Positions 62,214-64,000 of a stretch of 64,000 nt of DNA are shown here, piece after piece (the first letter of the stretch is position 1; each line of letters opens with the position of its first letter). Location of the stretch: positions 5,088,001-5,152,000 of the forward strand of contig OZ220744.1 of the NCBI GenBank assembly GCA_965116925.1. Reading direction: 5' to 3'. The stretch comes from Candidatus Poribacteria bacterium (GTDB taxonomy: Bacteria; Poribacteria; WGA-4E; PCPOR2b). Made by a program: the position numbers and the translations under genes. Under the pieces are notes generated by a model. It did not search any database, was not told where the DNA came from, and was given only the letters and a program-made list of their open reading frames with translations.

Positions 62214-62988
62214 ATGCCAAAGCACTTTCACGAAAAACTAATCAATCTCCTCAAAACCGACCCCCGTTTCGTTGACGCCGAAGGCGAGCTAGTCAAAGCA
62301 GCGGTGATAGATCGGGCATGGAAGATCGACCACGACCTCTTGGGAAGATAGCAGATACGATGCCAACATCTACGGAACGCAAATTGTAAAATCACTCGTA
62401 CCTAACTGTGACTTCGCTTTTCCAAAATCACTTTGGAATGTCTATGACTGTTTGTATTCGGTGGTAGCCGATGATAAAGACGCGATTATTTTAGATTTCT
62501 TCGGCGGGAGCGGTACAACTGCCCATACCGTGCTGGAATTAAACAAAGATGGCGGGAACCGAAAATTCATTATTTGTGAGCAAATGCACTACGTTGAAAC
62601 GGTAACAAGGGAGCGCATCAAAAAGGTTATTGAGCAAAACAATTGCGGCGACTTCATCTATTGCGAACTAATGCCATACAACCAAGCCTTCATCGACAAA
62701 ATCCAAGCTGCCCAATCCTCCGAAGAGCTGGTAGCACTCTGGCGCGACATCGCCGAAAACTCATTCCTGAACTGGTACGTCAACGCAGAAATCCCGGAAG
62801 ATGCGGTAGAGGATTTCATCGCTATCGGTCAAGGCGAAAATGGGTTAAAAAAACAGAAAAAACTCTTGACGGAACTGCTGGATAAGAACCAATTATATGT
62901 GAACCTTTTGGAGATAGAGGACGAGGATTTCGGCGTCAGTGAGGAAGATAAGGCGTTGAATCGGGCGTTTTATTGTGATGCTTCCTAA
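62214..62988 (+). pseudogene. Type III restriction-modification Mod (DNA methyltransferase) remnant with a large internal deletion
   Basis: N-terminal MPKHFHEKLINLLKTDPRFVDAEGEL joined out of frame at about 62340 to C-terminal FPKS...ILDFFGGSGTT...GNRKFIICEQ; DPPY motif absent. Confidence 0.8.
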
Positions 62989-63050
62989 ATCGCCGGATCG
63001 AAGGGAGCTTTCCAACGGTGAAAGGAAGAAAATTCACCTATAATTTACTA

Positions 63051-63363
63051 GGTTCTGTTGACATTTAACGGCCCGTAGGTTGGGTTGAACGGTTAAAATC
63101 CAATCCCTATCAAGTCCAATAGAGGCTTGATCTTTCAACGACACCTGCTTATAGACAGATAGAGTGAAACCCAACTCCGTTTTTCATCGGGAAGTCTCCT
63201 TTTGAAAACATTATTCCCTAAAAGCTGTCTTTTGTACCACGGTCTGTTAGATTGTGATCTCCGTCCGCAAACCAATCCCGACATGTCGGGACACGACTGA
63301 TGGCAGATTCCCCGATGATTACAGCGTTTGCCGAATCAGCAGCTTCAAAATGTCAACACGCCC
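63051..63363. mobile_element. MITE with GGNNNTGTTGACATTT TIRs (possibly IS5-like)
   Basis: GGTTCTGTTGACATTT / AAATGTCAACACGCCC flanked by TA, with internal REP-like palindromes. Confidence 0.6.
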
Positions 63364-64000
63364 TAAAGTTTGGAAAATTTTTAGGTGAAAAAAGGCAGAA
63401 AAGAGGTTATCCTTTCAGAAATCACCACAAGGTAGGTCTGCACTAAAGTGTGGAGTAGTGAAATCGGCACTCAAGTTTGCAAAATCGTTCATACAGCAAC
63501 AAGGCATTCATCAGAGAAATCCTCAATGAACACGGGGTTTCGAGGCGTATTACCGATGTATGCCATTTTTGGGTGTGCCTCGGATTTTGCCCATAATTTC
63601 AGACATTTGATGCCTACCACACTTAACTGCGGTGCTACCCACCACAATTTTGAAGGTAGAAATTGTTATCAAACTGTCTACGGATCAAAATTCACAAACT
63701 AAAATCTGTCTGCAACGCAAGCGAAAACCAACCCTCAAAATAGAAAAACTTACCCCTTAAAAACCCAATTCCTTCTTTTTAGTGATTGATTTGTAGACCG
63801 CTACGTGGAATTCATCATGAACTTCAGTAGCATCCCTCCTCCTGTTTTCGTTTTAACTTTGCAGCCAATCTTTTTTCTCCTTGACAAATAGATTTGATTG
63901 GTTTATAATTTGGCGAATTTTTTGAATTTTTGTCAACCAATCTTTCTGTTAGTAGAATTATGCCGTAAATCCATTTACCAGTTACACTCTTGTTTATTTT

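Noticed and set aside
63448..63702. 84-aa ORF
   Set aside because: No SD, family motif or convincing composition; possibly a mobile-element remnant, but unsupported.

Overview
A 64-kb bacterial chromosomal segment (about 48% GC by eye). The gene mix (PhyH, Uma2, many toxin-antitoxin fragments, dense palindromic repeats) resembles Candidatus Poribacteria, but that is inference only. The minus strand from 1 to 16.7 kb carries a complex I operon (nuoA-B-C-D-E-F-G-H-J-K-L-M, no nuoI). Four co-oriented accessory cassettes interrupt it, and a Rex-type operator precedes it. Next come an SDR, a TPP enzyme, a frameshifted larC, a TCA cluster (divergent citrate-synthase-family gene, icd-like gene, mdh), gltBD, pdxJ, purD and transporters. 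Further on are a cholesterol-oxidase-like Tat lipoprotein with substituted catalytic residues, several catabolic enzymes, an IS630, phoH-ybeY-corC, tRNA-Pro(CGG), recO and an internally deleted type III Mod gene. Intergenic DNA is filled with GTAG-type REP palindromes and at least four nested MITE families. The most novel-looking signal is a ~215-nt non-coding module present twice (20821-21037 and 43228-43435). The copies share compensatory stems, a sense sigma70 promoter, an internal antisense promoter, and a terminator/antiterminator hairpin that occludes the Shine-Dalgarno. This is a candidate undescribed antisense-controlled attenuator RNA. It precedes a leader peptide plus wHTH gene in one copy and a GMC oxidoreductase in the other.
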